The notes beneath the pieces are model-generated. The model was not told the origin of the DNA and did no database searches. It was given only the letters and a program-made list of their open reading frames with translations. 64,000 bases of DNA from contig JBCBZT010000009.1 of assembly GCA_039815185.1 (NCBI GenBank), positions 128,001-192,000 of the forward strand. The letters are read 5' to 3'. The first letter of the stretch is position 1. Each line of letters starts with the position of its first letter. Of this stretch, positions 30,457 to 41,544 are shown piece by piece. The stretch is from Cyanobacteria bacterium P01_A01_bin.123. GTDB lineage: Bacteria; Cyanobacteriota; Cyanobacteriia; Phormidesmidales; Phormidesmidaceae. Made by a program: the position numbers and the translations under genes.

Positions 30457-32160
30457 TCAATCTACAGCATCAACAACTTGAGCTGTGGAGGTCTCAGGAT
30501 CACGCCAAAATGTCAGCCGATCGCTGATCGGTTGCAGCACGGTACCGGGATAGTAAAACTGCAAAATGCGATCGCTGGGCCAGCCTAATTCCCCCAAATG
30601 GTAGGTTCCGGTTTGGCTCATGCCGACGCCGTGTCCCCAACCCCCACCGACAAAGGCATAGCCCTTGAGAACAGGTTCAGGTGCTGTTTCCCCGTCAACG
30701 ACTGGCGGAGCTGCTTCATACGTTGGGTCTAGATAGAACAGCAGGCTTTTGGGGCCATAGAGGGCACGGATAATTTCGTCTTTTTCAAGTTCGACAGTAC
30801 CCAAATCGGTTTGGATGGCCAATCGCTGGACGCGACCGCCTGGTGCTCGCTCAATCACCTGAAGCTGTCCCATGTAGGTAAATCCGGCGAGGGGATGCTG
30901 ACGGTTGTTGAGATATTCTTTGAGTTCACGACTAATCTCGGCTAGAGTACTCTCTCGCCGCCAGCGAAACAGCTCCCAATCTTCTTCGTTAAATCCGGTT
31001 TCTAGGGCCAAAAACGCCCGTAGGTTTTGTTCATCAGATAGGGGGTATTGGTTCAAATCCCAAGCGTTTTGTACCGAGTCAACCACCGAACGCAAATAGG
31101 GTCGATCGGGGCCATTCCAGACGTCGCTAAAGCGGGCCGTAACCCCCCCGGTTGTTGATGAATACAGGGCATCCACTAATTCGTCTTCATAGGTCAATAC
31201 CTGGCCTCGCGTTGCCGCGATCGCCTGATCGGCAACTGTGGCCGTACCGCCTAACCCCCAATACACCTGACACTGAGTATCGGCACACAGTTCGTAGTCA
31301 TCGATTGTAAAGCGGCGCAGGTTGCGCAGGGCATAGGTACGGGCCAAAATCGCCTGGGCTTCAATTGCGGTGCGGGGAGCACTGGGGCCGATCTCATGGG
31401 GTACAACCCCCCGCAAATAGGTTTCAATCGGCACGTCGTTGACCAGGGTGTAGGTGCCGTAGGCATTGGGTTGGAGTTGCAAGGTGCCGCCGTAAAGCTT
31501 GCGATCGCGCTGTCTTGCCCCGGCAATCACCCGAATCCGTTGATTGGCGCTGTTAATCTCGATGCGATCGCGGTTGTAGCGATAGCCATTGGCCACAAAC
31601 GAAGCCTTCGGGACTGCATCCAGCACATGGGTATCGAGATAAACCCGGTTTAACCCCTGGCCGCGCAAATTTCGCAACAAGAGACGACGCAAGAGGGGCG
31701 TGCTGTATACCTCGCGCTTGGCCCAAACTTCCCAACCGTCAGGCTGGGCAATTTCGGTTTCAATGCCGCGATCGCGCCACTGGTTAGCACTGTCTTCAGC
31801 ACTTTCAAAACTGCGGTGGGTGCTCAACACCAGCTGTTCTTGGAGGGCAGGTTTAGCCAAGGGCACCGTTACCATATCTAAGGTTAGTCGATTGGTGGCA
31901 ACTGCCTCAGCTTGTCCGTTGGTTTCAAAACTGACCGTCAAGCGATCGCCTGTCAGCGGCTCGATCACCAGCGTGTCGGTCGCCTCCTCACCAAAGCGCT
32001 GCACCACGCCCACTTCAATCACTGGGTTTTGTGGTGCTTGGGCCACAACTGGCGTCGCGACACCGATTCCCAAGGCTATCGGCATCAACAAATTCAATCC
32101 GCTTTGCAGTCGCCGCTGCAACACATGACTCGTTCTTGGCACCAGATTAACTCCCAACAA
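30457..32160 (-). CDS. SpoIID/LytB domain protein (peptidoglycan lytic transglycosylase/amidase enhancer)
   Basis: ETYLRGVVPHE, AQAILARTYA, LCADTQCQVY, GGGWGHGVGMSQ, ILQFYYPG; start uncertain. Confidence 0.9.
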   Translation of the reverse strand: MLGVNLVPRTSHVLQRRLQSGLNLLMPIALGIGVATPVVAQAPQNPVIEVGVVQRFGEEATDTLVIEPLTGDRLTVSFETNGQAEAVATNRLTLDMVTVPLAKPALQEQLVLSTHRSFESAEDSANQWRDRGIETEIAQPDGWEVWAKREVYSTPLLRRLLLRNLRGQGLNRVYLDTHVLDAVPKASFVANGYRYNRDRIEINSANQRIRVIAGARQRDRKLYGGTLQLQPNAYGTYTLVNDVPIETYLRGVVPHEIGPSAPRTAIEAQAILARTYALRNLRRFTIDDYELCADTQCQVYWGLGGTATVADQAIAATRGQVLTYEDELVDALYSSTTGGVTARFSDVWNGPDRPYLRSVVDSVQNAWDLNQYPLSDEQNLRAFLALETGFNEEDWELFRWRRESTLAEISRELKEYLNNRQHPLAGFTYMGQLQVIERAPGGRVQRLAIQTDLGTVELEKDEIIRALYGPKSLLFYLDPTYEAAPPVVDGETAPEPVLKGYAFVGGGWGHGVGMSQTGTYHLGELGWPSDRILQFYYPGTVLQPISDRLTFWRDPETSTAQVVDAVD

Positions 32161-32413
32161 AATTCCTCAATCGTGTTCTAGTCGACCCATCAGATTAAGG
32201 ATAATTCCTCTCAACGGAGCACACCTTAGCAAAGCCTAACCTACTCTGCCAAAACTTATGATGCTGACAGGATTCAATCAACATCGAAAAATTGGCACAA
32301 AACAAAAAATAGCGAGACTGCCGTAGCGGCTCAGGCGGTATCCTGCCAACGGCTTACGACAAATTTTCCCGGTCATGATATTCCTATAGAGGTCAGGCCC
32401 AACCTCAACTTTC

Positions 32414-33847
32414 ATGGCTCTCTCCCGTCCTCGAAAAATTTCGCGATCGCCCAGTCGTAAGCTTTCCATTCGCTGGTTTGAAAAGGTGATGGCGTTGATT
32501 GCGCTGATCAACCTTTGCCTGGTGGTGTTTGACCTGAGCTACATTCGCTTCCGGGATTTTTATCTGCGCTATTTTCCAGAATTGACCCAACAATACGGCG
32601 AACGCTACAAAGGCATCGAACCCGAACGGTCGACCGTTGCCTATTTAGAGATCGTCGATAATTTAGAAGACCAGGTCACCCAAACCGGGCTCCAGTCTAT
32701 CCAGGCCGAGACCCTGCTGTCCCAACTGCAAGAACAAAGCAACGCGCTGATTGACGAAAATCCTTTCCAGGTGGCCGATAAGTCGGGCACCCTAGAGCGG
32801 ATTAAAAACCTGATGCGCGATCGCATCGGCACCGATTCTTCTAAAGAAGCCTTCCGACGATTTTGGAGTGCACAATACCTGAGCCGACAAGACGACAGCA
32901 GCGGCATTGACTTTTTTAACGAAGAAATCAGGCCGCTGATGGAAACCAACTATTTTCGTGGGATTGGAGAAGACGGTGGCCCCTTAGACCTGTTTTGGAA
33001 ACTCGATCGCTGGTTTGTTGCCATCTTTGCTGTAGAGCTTTTGCTGCGGACCCTGTACCTATCTCGGAAATATAAAGGTGTTAACTGGCTCGATGCCATT
33101 ATCTGGCGTTGGTACGACGTTTTGCTGTTGTTGCCCTTTTGGCGTTGGCTACGAATTTTTCCCGTGATTGTGCGGATCAACCAGTCGAAGCTGATCAACC
33201 TTGAACCGCTTCGTAACCGCATTAATCGTATCTTTCTCTCTCAGCTCGCGGTCGAACTGACTGAAGTCGTGGTGCTGCGAATTATCGACCAATTTCAAAA
33301 CCTTTTGCAGGAAGGGAAGCTCAGCAGTTGGTTATTTAATGCTGGCTCCAGTCAACGCTACGTCGATCTCAACGGCGTTGACGAAATTCAAACGATTTCT
33401 CAGCGGGTCACATCCGTGCTGCTTTATCAGGTACTTCCCCAAGTCAAACCCGAAATTGACACCATCGTCCAGCACAGCTTGACCAGTGCCTTTAACCAAT
33501 CCCCAGCCTATGAGGGGTTCCAGCGTTTACCAGGGATTGGCAACCTACCCGACCAAATCAGCCGTCGGATTGCCGCTGAAGTCACCCAAAATCTCTACAA
33601 CGCCGTTATCAATGCCCTAGAAGATAGTCGCGGAGCCGAATTGACCCAAAAACTAGTGACCAGCTTTACCGAGAACCTCCGCGAAGAGATCCAAAAAGAA
33701 GACACGCTTGATGAAATTCAGGCCTTGGTTGTGGAGTTGTTGGACGAAGTGAAAATCAACTACGTGAAGCAGCTGCCTGATGAGGACATTGATCGGTTGC
33801 AGCAGCAAACCCAGCGGTTCTATGGCGCGACTCAGCGAGGAAAGTAG
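32414..33847 (+). CDS. Conserved hypothetical membrane protein
   Basis: 477-aa ORF; N-terminal TM helix and a central TM block IFAVELLLR...WYD...WRWLRI. Confidence 0.8.
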   Translation: MALSRPRKISRSPSRKLSIRWFEKVMALIALINLCLVVFDLSYIRFRDFYLRYFPELTQQYGERYKGIEPERSTVAYLEIVDNLEDQVTQTGLQSIQAETLLSQLQEQSNALIDENPFQVADKSGTLERIKNLMRDRIGTDSSKEAFRRFWSAQYLSRQDDSSGIDFFNEEIRPLMETNYFRGIGEDGGPLDLFWKLDRWFVAIFAVELLLRTLYLSRKYKGVNWLDAIIWRWYDVLLLLPFWRWLRIFPVIVRINQSKLINLEPLRNRINRIFLSQLAVELTEVVVLRIIDQFQNLLQEGKLSSWLFNAGSSQRYVDLNGVDEIQTISQRVTSVLLYQVLPQVKPEIDTIVQHSLTSAFNQSPAYEGFQRLPGIGNLPDQISRRIAAEVTQNLYNAVINALEDSRGAELTQKLVTSFTENLREEIQKEDTLDEIQALVVELLDEVKINYVKQLPDEDIDRLQQQTQRFYGATQRGK

Positions 33848-34048
33848 AAGGATGGGGAGATGGGAGAAAACTGGAATGGTAAATGGGTGGCCCTACGATC
33901 TAAAATCGCAAGTCTAAAATCCAAAATGCCAAAATGATTGATATAGAAATATAGAAGTTGTCACTTGGGGAGAATCCTGCGCTACACTATGCATTGCAGT
34001 TGGCGGTCACCGATCGCTGATTGTCCCAGGTCAAATTGATTTCGTGGG

Positions 34049-34076
34049 AAGTGGGCGAATTTCACCCACTTTTTTT
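34049..34076 (+). promoter_or_regulatory. rimP leader terminator/attenuator hairpin
   Basis: AAGTGGG-9 nt-CCCACTT followed by a T run, about 16 nt upstream of the rimP ATG. Confidence 0.7.
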
Positions 34077-34092
34077 ATTGGAAATTGGTCAA

Positions 34093-34560
34093 ATGACTCA
34101 TCCCCTTGTGCCCCATATTCTTGAACTGGCGGCCCCGGTTGCTGAAAGCTTGGGGCTAGAAGTGGTTCATGCGGTGTTTCAAACCAATCAGTCTCCCCCG
34201 GTGCTGCGGATTGACGTTCGCAATATCAACCAGGAAGATACAGGGCTTGATGACTGCGAACGCATGAGTACAGCTTTAGACACAGTGTTGGATGCCAGTG
34301 AAATTGTGCCAGATGCTTATGTCCTAGAAGTTTCCAGTCCTGGGGTATCTGAGCAGCTCAGTCGCGATCGCGACTTTATAGTCTTCAAAGGATTTCCGGT
34401 AGAAGTGGTGTTGAGCGAACCCCACCGCGGCAAGCGTGAATGGCTGGGCAAACTCAATGGACGGGATGACGCATCCGTTTATCTCAATCGTAAGGGTAAA
34501 GCGATTGCCCTACCCCGCGAGCTGGTTCAGCTTGTCCAACTTAGCAACCACGAAGAATGA
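34093..34560 (+). CDS. rimP: Ribosome maturation factor RimP
   Basis: GLDDCERMS, YVLEVSSPG; first gene of the rimP-nusA-ylxR-infB operon. Confidence 0.95.
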   Translation: MTHPLVPHILELAAPVAESLGLEVVHAVFQTNQSPPVLRIDVRNINQEDTGLDDCERMSTALDTVLDASEIVPDAYVLEVSSPGVSEQLSRDRDFIVFKGFPVEVVLSEPHRGKREWLGKLNGRDDASVYLNRKGKAIALPRELVQLVQLSNHEE

Positions 34561-34591
34561 GGATATTAGCTTATGGCAGGCGTTACCCCTT

Positions 34592-34633
34592 GATTCAGGA
34601 GTCAGAAGTCACAACGCTTCTGACTCCTGAATC
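34592..34633. repeat. 17-bp perfect inverted repeat between rimP and nusA
   Basis: GATTCAGGAGTCAGAAG-8 nt-CTTCTGACTCCTGAATC. Confidence 0.85.
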
Positions 34634-34698
34634 TACTGGCCATTTACAACTTAAGCCAATCCCCAATTCCCCCATTACACTTCCTAGAGGTTTAGCCC

Positions 34699-36228
34699 AT
34701 GTCTATGGTCAACTTGCCCAATTTGCAGGAAATGATCGAAGAAATTAGTCGTACCAAAAACCTGCCTGAGCATGCGGTCAAAAATGCACTGCGGGAAGCG
34801 CTACTGAAGGGCTACGAGCGCTATCGCCGCACCCTCCGTATGGACAGTTCCCAATTTGATGAAACCTACTTTGAAAATTTTGATGTTGAACTTGATCCAG
34901 AAGGAGAAGGGTTCCGCGTCTTGGCCACCAAAACCATTGTTGAAGCTATTGATAATGGCGATCACCAGATCGCTCTAGCTGAGGTTATCGAAGTGGCTCC
35001 TGAGGCTCAAGTGGGCGATACCGTAGTCTTAGATGTTACCCCAGAACAGCGAGATTTTGGCCGCATGGCTGCGATTCAAACCAAGCAGGTACTAGCCCAG
35101 AAGCTGCGGGATCAACAGCGCAAACTGATCCAAGAAGAATTTCAAGAGTTGGAAGGCTCCATACTTCAAGCGCGAGTGCTGCGGTTTGAGCGTCAGTCTG
35201 TGATTATGGCCGTCAATAGTGGTTATGGCCAACCCGATGTCGAAGCCGAACTGCTCAAGCGCGACCAACTCCCCAATGACAATTATCGTGCCAATGCTAC
35301 GTTTCGGGTGGCACTCAAGCGGGTCTCAGAAGGGTCTCACCGGGGGCCACAACTCCTAGTTTCCCGCGCCGATGCCGGACTTGTCGTTGAGCTCTTTTCT
35401 ACAGAAGTCCCGGAAATTGAGGACGAGGTTGTACGCATCGTGGCCGTAGCCCGCGAAGCCAATCCCCCGTCTCGCTCGGTTGGGCCCCGTACCAAAATTG
35501 CGGTCGACACCCTCGAACGCGATGTGGATCCAGTGGGGGCCTGCATTGGTGCTCGGGGGTCTCGAATTCAGGTGGTCGTGAATGAACTCCGGGGCGAGAA
35601 AATTGACGTTATTCGCTGGTCTCCTGACCCTGCAACCTACATTGCCAACGCCCTGAGCCCAGCGCGGGTGGATGAAGTGCGGTTAATGAACTCAGAAGAG
35701 CGCCAAGCCCACGTTTTAGTCCCTGAAGATCAGCTCAGTTTAGCGATTGGTCGAGAAGGGCAAAACGTTCGCCTAGCGGCCCGGTTGACAGGTTGGAAAA
35801 TCGACATCAAAGATTCAGCTAAATATGACTATGACGCTGAAGATGCTAAGGCCGAAGCCCTAAGGGCCGAGCGGGAAGCAGCGGCCGAGGCTGCCGCCGC
35901 CGCTCAAGCTGAAGCCGAAGCCGAAGCCGCCGAGGCAGCAGCTTGGGCAGCCCAAGCTGCTGCTGCTCAAGCCGAAGCGGCATCGATAGCGTCAGCCGAT
36001 GCCGTTGAAGTGGACACGACTGAGGAGATTGATGCAGTAGACGAAGCTGCTCAAGGGCCAGATGCTTTGTCCGCCGAACCAGAAGAGGCTGAAGAACCAG
36101 AAGAATTGGCTGCATTAGACGAGGAAACTGCCCTAGACGACCCAGATGAAGACCTCGATGAAGACCCAGATGAAGACCCAGATGAAGACCCAGATGAAGA
36201 CCCAGATGAAGACCTCGATGAAGACTAA
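34699..36228 (+). CDS. nusA: Transcription elongation factor NusA with a long Ala/acidic tail
   Basis: FGRMAAIQTKQ, DPVGACIGARGSRI, LSLAIGREGQNVRLAARLTGWKIDI. Confidence 0.97.
   Translation: MSMVNLPNLQEMIEEISRTKNLPEHAVKNALREALLKGYERYRRTLRMDSSQFDETYFENFDVELDPEGEGFRVLATKTIVEAIDNGDHQIALAEVIEVAPEAQVGDTVVLDVTPEQRDFGRMAAIQTKQVLAQKLRDQQRKLIQEEFQELEGSILQARVLRFERQSVIMAVNSGYGQPDVEAELLKRDQLPNDNYRANATFRVALKRVSEGSHRGPQLLVSRADAGLVVELFSTEVPEIEDEVVRIVAVAREANPPSRSVGPRTKIAVDTLERDVDPVGACIGARGSRIQVVVNELRGEKIDVIRWSPDPATYIANALSPARVDEVRLMNSEERQAHVLVPEDQLSLAIGREGQNVRLAARLTGWKIDIKDSAKYDYDAEDAKAEALRAEREAAAEAAAAAQAEAEAEAAEAAAWAAQAAAAQAEAASIASADAVEVDTTEEIDAVDEAAQGPDALSAEPEEAEEPEELAALDEETALDDPDEDLDEDPDEDPDEDPDEDPDEDLDED
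36139..36225 (+). repeat. 12-bp coding tandem repeat (7 units) at the nusA 3' end
   Basis: GACCCAGATGAA x5 and GACCTCGATGAA x2, encoding D(P/L)DE. Confidence 0.95.
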
Positions 36229-36239
36229 GCTTAAAGCCT

Positions 36240-36506
36240 ATGGAACCCAATATCCGGCGCTGCATTAGCTGTCGTCGTCTTGCCCCCAAAGCGTCATTTT
36301 GGCGCATTGTTAAACGCTATCCCGCAGGAACGATAGAATTAGATCAGGGGATGGGGCGGTCAGCCTATTTGTGTCCAACCAAAGATTGTCTTCGCGTAGC
36401 GCAAAAAAAGAATCGCTTGGCGCGATCGCTTAAAGCGAAGGTTTCTCCTGAAATCTATGGCGTGCTTTGGAGCCGATTGCAAACTGATCACCTTGACCTC
36501 ATCTGA
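36240..36506 (+). CDS. ylxR: YlxR/DUF448 RNA-binding protein
   Basis: RRCISCR, GRSAYLCP; conserved position between nusA and infB. Confidence 0.92.
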   Translation: MEPNIRRCISCRRLAPKASFWRIVKRYPAGTIELDQGMGRSAYLCPTKDCLRVAQKKNRLARSLKAKVSPEIYGVLWSRLQTDHLDLI

Positions 36507-36893
36507 ATCCGTTTACCATTACGCAGCTTCAAGTTCGCTAATGCTTAGCTTTGAAGTTCGCCAACGCTCAACCCAGGATTCAGCGAGTTAATAGATGTTA
36601 CTGGAGGCAGGGTATTTGCCAAGCCAACCTTTAATGTTTTGAGTGCGGGGCAATCGGTTCTACTTGGGATGAACCATCTATGATCCCGGCCTAAGTGCGT
36701 CTCATCAAATGTGCATAGGGGTAAAAAGCACTATCAGCTTGTGGAAGCAATTCTGTTTCCAGCCTGCTATGCTGAAGTTCCAACGAATAATCCAAGGGGA
36801 GTTGATGGCTTTCTAATTACTGATTTCGTAGCGATGTAGTTTCGTGAGAGCAGTGACCATTATGTAACGACAAGGCTTTAGAGAGGGAAACGG

Positions 36894-39800
36894 ATGAACA
36901 ACGGCAAAGTTAGGATTTATGAACTATCGAAGGAGCTGAATCTGGAAAACAAAGACATTCTTGTTATCTGCGATCGTCTGAGCATTTCTGTCAAGAGTCA
37001 TAGCAGCACAATTACAGAAGAGGAGGCAGCCCAGATTCGATCGGCTGCCAGTAAGTATAGTGCAAGCAATGTGGGTGCCAGGCGTGTCGCAAAGCCGGTT
37101 AAGCCCGAGAAACGCAGTAGTGCCCGCCCGCCGGTTCGTAAACAGCAGATTCTAGAAATTCGCCGTCATAAGTCCAGTCAACCTCAGCCCCCAGAGCCTC
37201 CCCCTACGCCGGAGCCCGCTAATCCCCACCCAGCCGAATTGACCGCAGTGGGGCGTAATAACGATAGCCCTGTTGCACCCTCCCCGGTGCGGCCAGTCCC
37301 TCGGCCCGCTAGCCCGGTCAATAAGAGGACAGTCCCCAAACCAACGAAGGTCGAAGCGCCCAAGCCTAATCGGCCTCAAGCTGCCACACCCACAACGGCA
37401 GTAGAACATCCAGCTCCTCAACCACCAGCCAGTCTTGAGTCAGCCACCCAGGAGGAAATCAAGCCCAGAGCTTCGTCTCTGGTATCTCCCCCATCTCGCC
37501 CGGTCAAGCCTAGCCCGTCTCGCCCTGTTTCAACATCATCTGAAGGCAGGCAGAGCCCGATGCCCAAGCGCCGAGAGCTAGTTCCGGCAAGAGCATCTGC
37601 ACAGTCCCCTTCACCGAACGCGCCGATCCCCATTACTGAGGTAGATGACGACGGCGAACCAGTGCGTTTGAAACCCAAGCCTAAGCTCAAGCGACCCAAG
37701 ACTGAGCCGGTTCAAACCGATCAAGACGTCGTTGATCCTACTCAAGAGGAGTCTGCAAGTGAGGTTCCTAGTCTTGGCGATGGCGATGACTTGCTAATTC
37801 TTAGACGCCCTAGTCCACCGCGCACACCATCTAAGCGGAAATCCCGTGAAGAAGAAGAGAATGACGATCAAGAAATGCGGCGGGCAAATAAGGGGCCCAA
37901 AACCAAACAGCGACGTGCTCAGGCTGCCGATGAAGACGAAGATCTAGATGAAGTGCTTGACCAGGGTGATGTTGATTTAGCACCTGCCCAACTTAGTCTT
38001 TCTCTGGCTCGTCCTAGTAGACCCAAGTCAAAGTCTGCACCTACTTCTAGACCCGCTGCGACCAGTGCGCCCCCCAAGCGCCGTACTGGGAATAGTCAGG
38101 ACAATTCTAGAAATCAGCGCCGTCGAGAGCAGGTTGAAGAGCCAGCCCGGCCAGAAAAGCTGGTGCTGACCTCAGGGCTGAGTGTGCATGAATTGGCCAA
38201 TCGCATTTCTGTCCCAGAAACAGAGATTATCAAGTCTTTGTTCTTCAAAGGCATTGCCACCAATATCAACCAAACTCTAGACATCCCCACGGCGACGATG
38301 GTGGCTGAGGAGTTTGAGATTGAAGTAGAAACTGCCGAAGTTGAATCAGAGGCTCGAAAAGTTACGGAGATGTTGGATGTGGCCGATTTGGAAAATCTCC
38401 AACGTCGCCCACCTGTGGTTACGATTATGGGCCATGTTGACCACGGTAAAACGACTCTGCTCGATTCTATTCGTAAAACTAAGGTCGCCCAAGGGGAAGC
38501 CGGAGGCATCACCCAGCATATCGGGGCTTACCACGTTGATGTAGAACATGGGGAGCAATCTCAGCAGATTGTCTTTCTGGATACGCCGGGTCACGAAGCA
38601 TTTACAGCCATGCGTGCTCGAGGAACGCGGGTGACTGATATTGCCATCCTGGTTGTGGCTGCCGATGATGGGGTACGGCCCCAGACCATTGAGGCAATTA
38701 GCCACGCGAAAGCGGCGGGGGTACCTTTGATTGTGGCGATCAATAAGATCGACAAAGAGAGTGCCCAACCTGACCGGGTGAAGCAAGAACTCATGGAATA
38801 CCAGTTGGTTCCTGAAGAATGGGGCGGCGACACCATCATGGTACCTGTCAGTGCCCTCAACAACGAGAATCTAGACGACCTGCTAGAAATGGTGCTGCTG
38901 GTATCTGAGGTCGAAGATCTCCATGCCAACCCCGATCGGGCTGCTCGTGGAACCGTGATTGAAGCCAATCTAGACAAAGCTCGGGGGCCGGTTGCTACCC
39001 TACTGGTGCAAAATGGCACGCTAAAGATTGGTGATTCTCTAGTCGTGGGTTCGGTCTTTGGTAAGGTTAGGGCGATGATTGACGACCGCGGCGATCGCGT
39101 GAGTGTGGCCTCTCCTTCCTTTGCTGTCGAGGTTTTGGGTCTCAATGATGTCCCCGCAGCCGGTGATGAGTTCGAAGTCTTTGCAGATGAAAAGCAAGCC
39201 CGATCTGTGGCTAGCGATCGCGCCGATAGTCAGCGTCAATCTCGTCTGCAGCGGGCGATGGCATCCCGTCGTGTGACGCTCAACACGCTCTCAGCCCAGG
39301 CCCAAGAGGGTGAACTGAAAGAACTCAACCTGCTGCTCAAGGCTGATGTCCAAGGATCGCTTGAAGCCATCTTGGGTGCCCTACAACAGCTGCCCCAAGA
39401 CGAAGTCCAAATTCGAGTCTTGCTCGCAGCCCCAGGGGAAATCTCAGAGACTGATGTTGACCTAGCGGCGGCTAGTAGCGCGGTCATTATTGGCTTTAAT
39501 ACCACCCTTGCCTCTGGTGCAAGGCAAGCTGCCGATCAAGCTGGTGTTGATGTGCGTGATTACGACATCATCTACAAGCTGCTAGAAGACATTCAAGGTG
39601 CAATGGAAGGTCTGCTAGAGCCTGAACTAGTCGAAGAACCTCTGGGACAGGTGGATGTTCGTGCGGTCTTCCCCGTACGTAAGGGATTTGTAGCCGGCTG
39701 CTATGTCCTCTCGGGCAAGGTTAGTCGCAACTGTCGCATTCGGGTTGTCCGAGACGGCGGCATTCTTTTTGAGGGCAATCTCGATTCGTTAAAACGGATG

Positions 39801-39935
39801 AAGGAAGATGCCAAAGAAGTGGCTGCTGGATTTGAGTGCGGGATTAGGGTAGATAGCTTTAACGACTGGAAAGAAGGCGATAAGATTGAAGCCTTCAAGC
39901 TTGTGAGTAAGCGTCGCACCCTAGCCATGGCCTAA
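36894..39935 (+). CDS. infB: Translation initiation factor IF-2
   Basis: [39 protein letters not shown]. Confidence 0.97.
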   Translation: MNNGKVRIYELSKELNLENKDILVICDRLSISVKSHSSTITEEEAAQIRSAASKYSASNVGARRVAKPVKPEKRSSARPPVRKQQILEIRRHKSSQPQPPEPPPTPEPANPHPAELTAVGRNNDSPVAPSPVRPVPRPASPVNKRTVPKPTKVEAPKPNRPQAATPTTAVEHPAPQPPASLESATQEEIKPRASSLVSPPSRPVKPSPSRPVSTSSEGRQSPMPKRRELVPARASAQSPSPNAPIPITEVDDDGEPVRLKPKPKLKRPKTEPVQTDQDVVDPTQEESASEVPSLGDGDDLLILRRPSPPRTPSKRKSREEEENDDQEMRRANKGPKTKQRRAQAADEDEDLDEVLDQGDVDLAPAQLSLSLARPSRPKSKSAPTSRPAATSAPPKRRTGNSQDNSRNQRRREQVEEPARPEKLVLTSGLSVHELANRISVPETEIIKSLFFKGIATNINQTLDIPTATMVAEEFEIEVETAEVESEARKVTEMLDVADLENLQRRPPVVTIMGHVDHGKTTLLDSIRKTKVAQGEAGGITQHIGAYHVDVEHGEQSQQIVFLDTPGHEAFTAMRARGTRVTDIAILVVAADDGVRPQTIEAISHAKAAGVPLIVAINKIDKESAQPDRVKQELMEYQLVPEEWGGDTIMVPVSALNNENLDDLLEMVLLVSEVEDLHANPDRAARGTVIEANLDKARGPVATLLVQNGTLKIGDSLVVGSVFGKVRAMIDDRGDRVSVASPSFAVEVLGLNDVPAAGDEFEVFADEKQARSVASDRADSQRQSRLQRAMASRRVTLNTLSAQAQEGELKELNLLLKADVQGSLEAILGALQQLPQDEVQIRVLLAAPGEISETDVDLAAASSAVIIGFNTTLASGARQAADQAGVDVRDYDIIYKLLEDIQGAMEGLLEPELVEEPLGQVDVRAVFPVRKGFVAGCYVLSGKVSRNCRIRVVRDGGILFEGNLDSLKRMKEDAKEVAAGFECGIRVDSFNDWKEGDKIEAFKLVSKRRTLAMA

Positions 39936-39939
39936 AGCA

Positions 39940-41124
39940 ATGGTGTCCTATCGTCAAGACCCTTACCTGTGGGTTCACTTAGCAGGGCTAGCGGCTCTGC
40001 CTTTGCTGCTCGATATCTGTTTGTTGGGGCTTGCAGTCGGTACCCCGCGGTTGCCTGTTTGGAGCGAGATGGGGCTACTGATCCTGATCGGTGTGGTGCC
40101 TGTTATATGGATGCAGTGGCAGCGCCCGTTCTATATCTTTAGCCTGCTACTGCTGGCCATTCGCCCAGCCCAACTGAGTGAAGAACGACGACGGATGTTG
40201 CCCTACTTCCGATCGTTTCCGGTTAGAGTACTGACGGCGATCGCGCCTGTACTCCTAATCTGGGTGCTGTGGCAACTCTATTGTCTGGCTCCAATTGCGG
40301 CTAGCATCACGCCCTTTGCCAAGTATGGCCGTGGCGTAGGGTTGCTGGTGGCCGCGATCGCGTTTCTAGCCTGTAATCTGTTCCTGCAAGTGCCCCTGAG
40401 CGTCCTGCGGGTTTTGCTAGTGGGTGAACAACAGCTAGCCCAAACCGAACCTATCACCCCAGAAGAGATTCCAAATCGCTTTACGTCGTTTGGTCTGCAG
40501 ATCAATCAAATTTTGCCTGAGATTTCAGAAGCGTCCCCCCAACCCTCCTCGGCTCCGCCTGATGCATCTAGCAGGGTAACGGTCGAACAATCTACGGTTG
40601 AGGAATCTGTGCCAGAATCAGTGACAACCCCATCAGCCCAGCCAACTGACCTTGACAGTGCACCCGATGCTGTTGCTGATATTGAACCTGATACGGCGCA
40701 AAGTGGGATCTCTGAGATTGAGCAAAGCCTTAATGGGACTGAAACTGTGGAGCGTGCCGTAGAGTCTGGCACCCTTGAATCTACGGGTGATCCTGATGAC
40801 GCTGAAACCGAATTAGAAAATCAGGCTTCTACACTTGCTTTGTCTGAGGTTCACGAAACAGTAGGGCAACAAACCGATGATGCTGATGCATTAGATTTAG
40901 AGGCGTCTGATGCTGATGAGGTATTGGCCGATCAGGAAAATGACCCTTTACAATCAGCACTAGACCAGGCAGCAGATGTTTCAGAGAAGGCTACGAAGTC
41001 TCTGCCTGACTTGGTAGATCAGTCTGCAGATTCCGAACTCCTCACAGCTTCAAACGACACTGATGGGGAAGTCTCCCCCCCGGAAACGTCGACCATCGAT
41101 GATGATGCGTTGGATGAAGTCTAA
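39940..41124 (+). CDS. Low-complexity-tail membrane protein
   Basis: Four N-terminal TM segments (DPYLWVHLAGLA), long acidic disordered tail; directly follows infB. Confidence 0.8.
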   Translation: MVSYRQDPYLWVHLAGLAALPLLLDICLLGLAVGTPRLPVWSEMGLLILIGVVPVIWMQWQRPFYIFSLLLLAIRPAQLSEERRRMLPYFRSFPVRVLTAIAPVLLIWVLWQLYCLAPIAASITPFAKYGRGVGLLVAAIAFLACNLFLQVPLSVLRVLLVGEQQLAQTEPITPEEIPNRFTSFGLQINQILPEISEASPQPSSAPPDASSRVTVEQSTVEESVPESVTTPSAQPTDLDSAPDAVADIEPDTAQSGISEIEQSLNGTETVERAVESGTLESTGDPDDAETELENQASTLALSEVHETVGQQTDDADALDLEASDADEVLADQENDPLQSALDQAADVSEKATKSLPDLVDQSADSELLTASNDTDGEVSPPETSTIDDDALDEV

Positions 41125-41429
41125 ACCCCATTCGACTTGAATCAGAATTAGGACGGTTTAAACCTGTTCCCTAACTTAAAGAGATGAAGCTTGAATCAGC
41201 ACTCAAAAGATAATTGAACTTCCAAACTTCCACGACTTAATTTTGTAGTCTTAGCCACATTGTTTTAATCATCCAGTCTCGCTCAACTGCCCTGATAGAG
41301 AGGCAATCTAGCCCAAAATTGGATACAGTATTGTCGTGATTGCTATGCATTTGAGATTAATAAAATAGGCAAAAATAGCTCGGAATCATAGGGATTTCAT
41401 AAAGTCTATTGATGGGCTAAACAATAATG

Positions 41430-41445
41430 TGTGACGATATACACA
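41430..41445. promoter_or_regulatory. CRP-family-like binding site
   Basis: TGTGA-CGATAT-ACACA, one mismatch to TGTGA-N6-TCACA, about 100 bp upstream of ORF 41545. Confidence 0.4.
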
Positions 41446-41544
41446 ACCATTGCACTTGCGTTGAGTTACGCTTTAAATGTAGAAGCTTTGAAGTTCCAGA
41501 TTCAATGGAAGCCTTGAGGTTCAAGTTAATATTTTGAGGGTTTT

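Noticed and set aside
34021..34092. Longer RimP start from the ORF track
   Set aside because: The TTG start would translate through the leader terminator; the ATG at 34093 fits better
34557..34748. 63-aa ORF between rimP and nusA
   Set aside because: It is made of the inverted repeat and overlaps the nusA start in another frame
36139..36225. Possible CRISPR array
   Set aside because: The 12-bp units are contiguous with no spacers and lie in frame within nusA; no cas genes are in the window
35846..36307. 153-aa antisense ORF with LHLG repeats
   Set aside because: Shadow frame of the nusA tandem repeat
37152..39928. Multiple antisense ORFs inside infB (and likewise inside other long genes)
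   Set aside because: Typical stop-poor shadow frames opposite well-conserved genes
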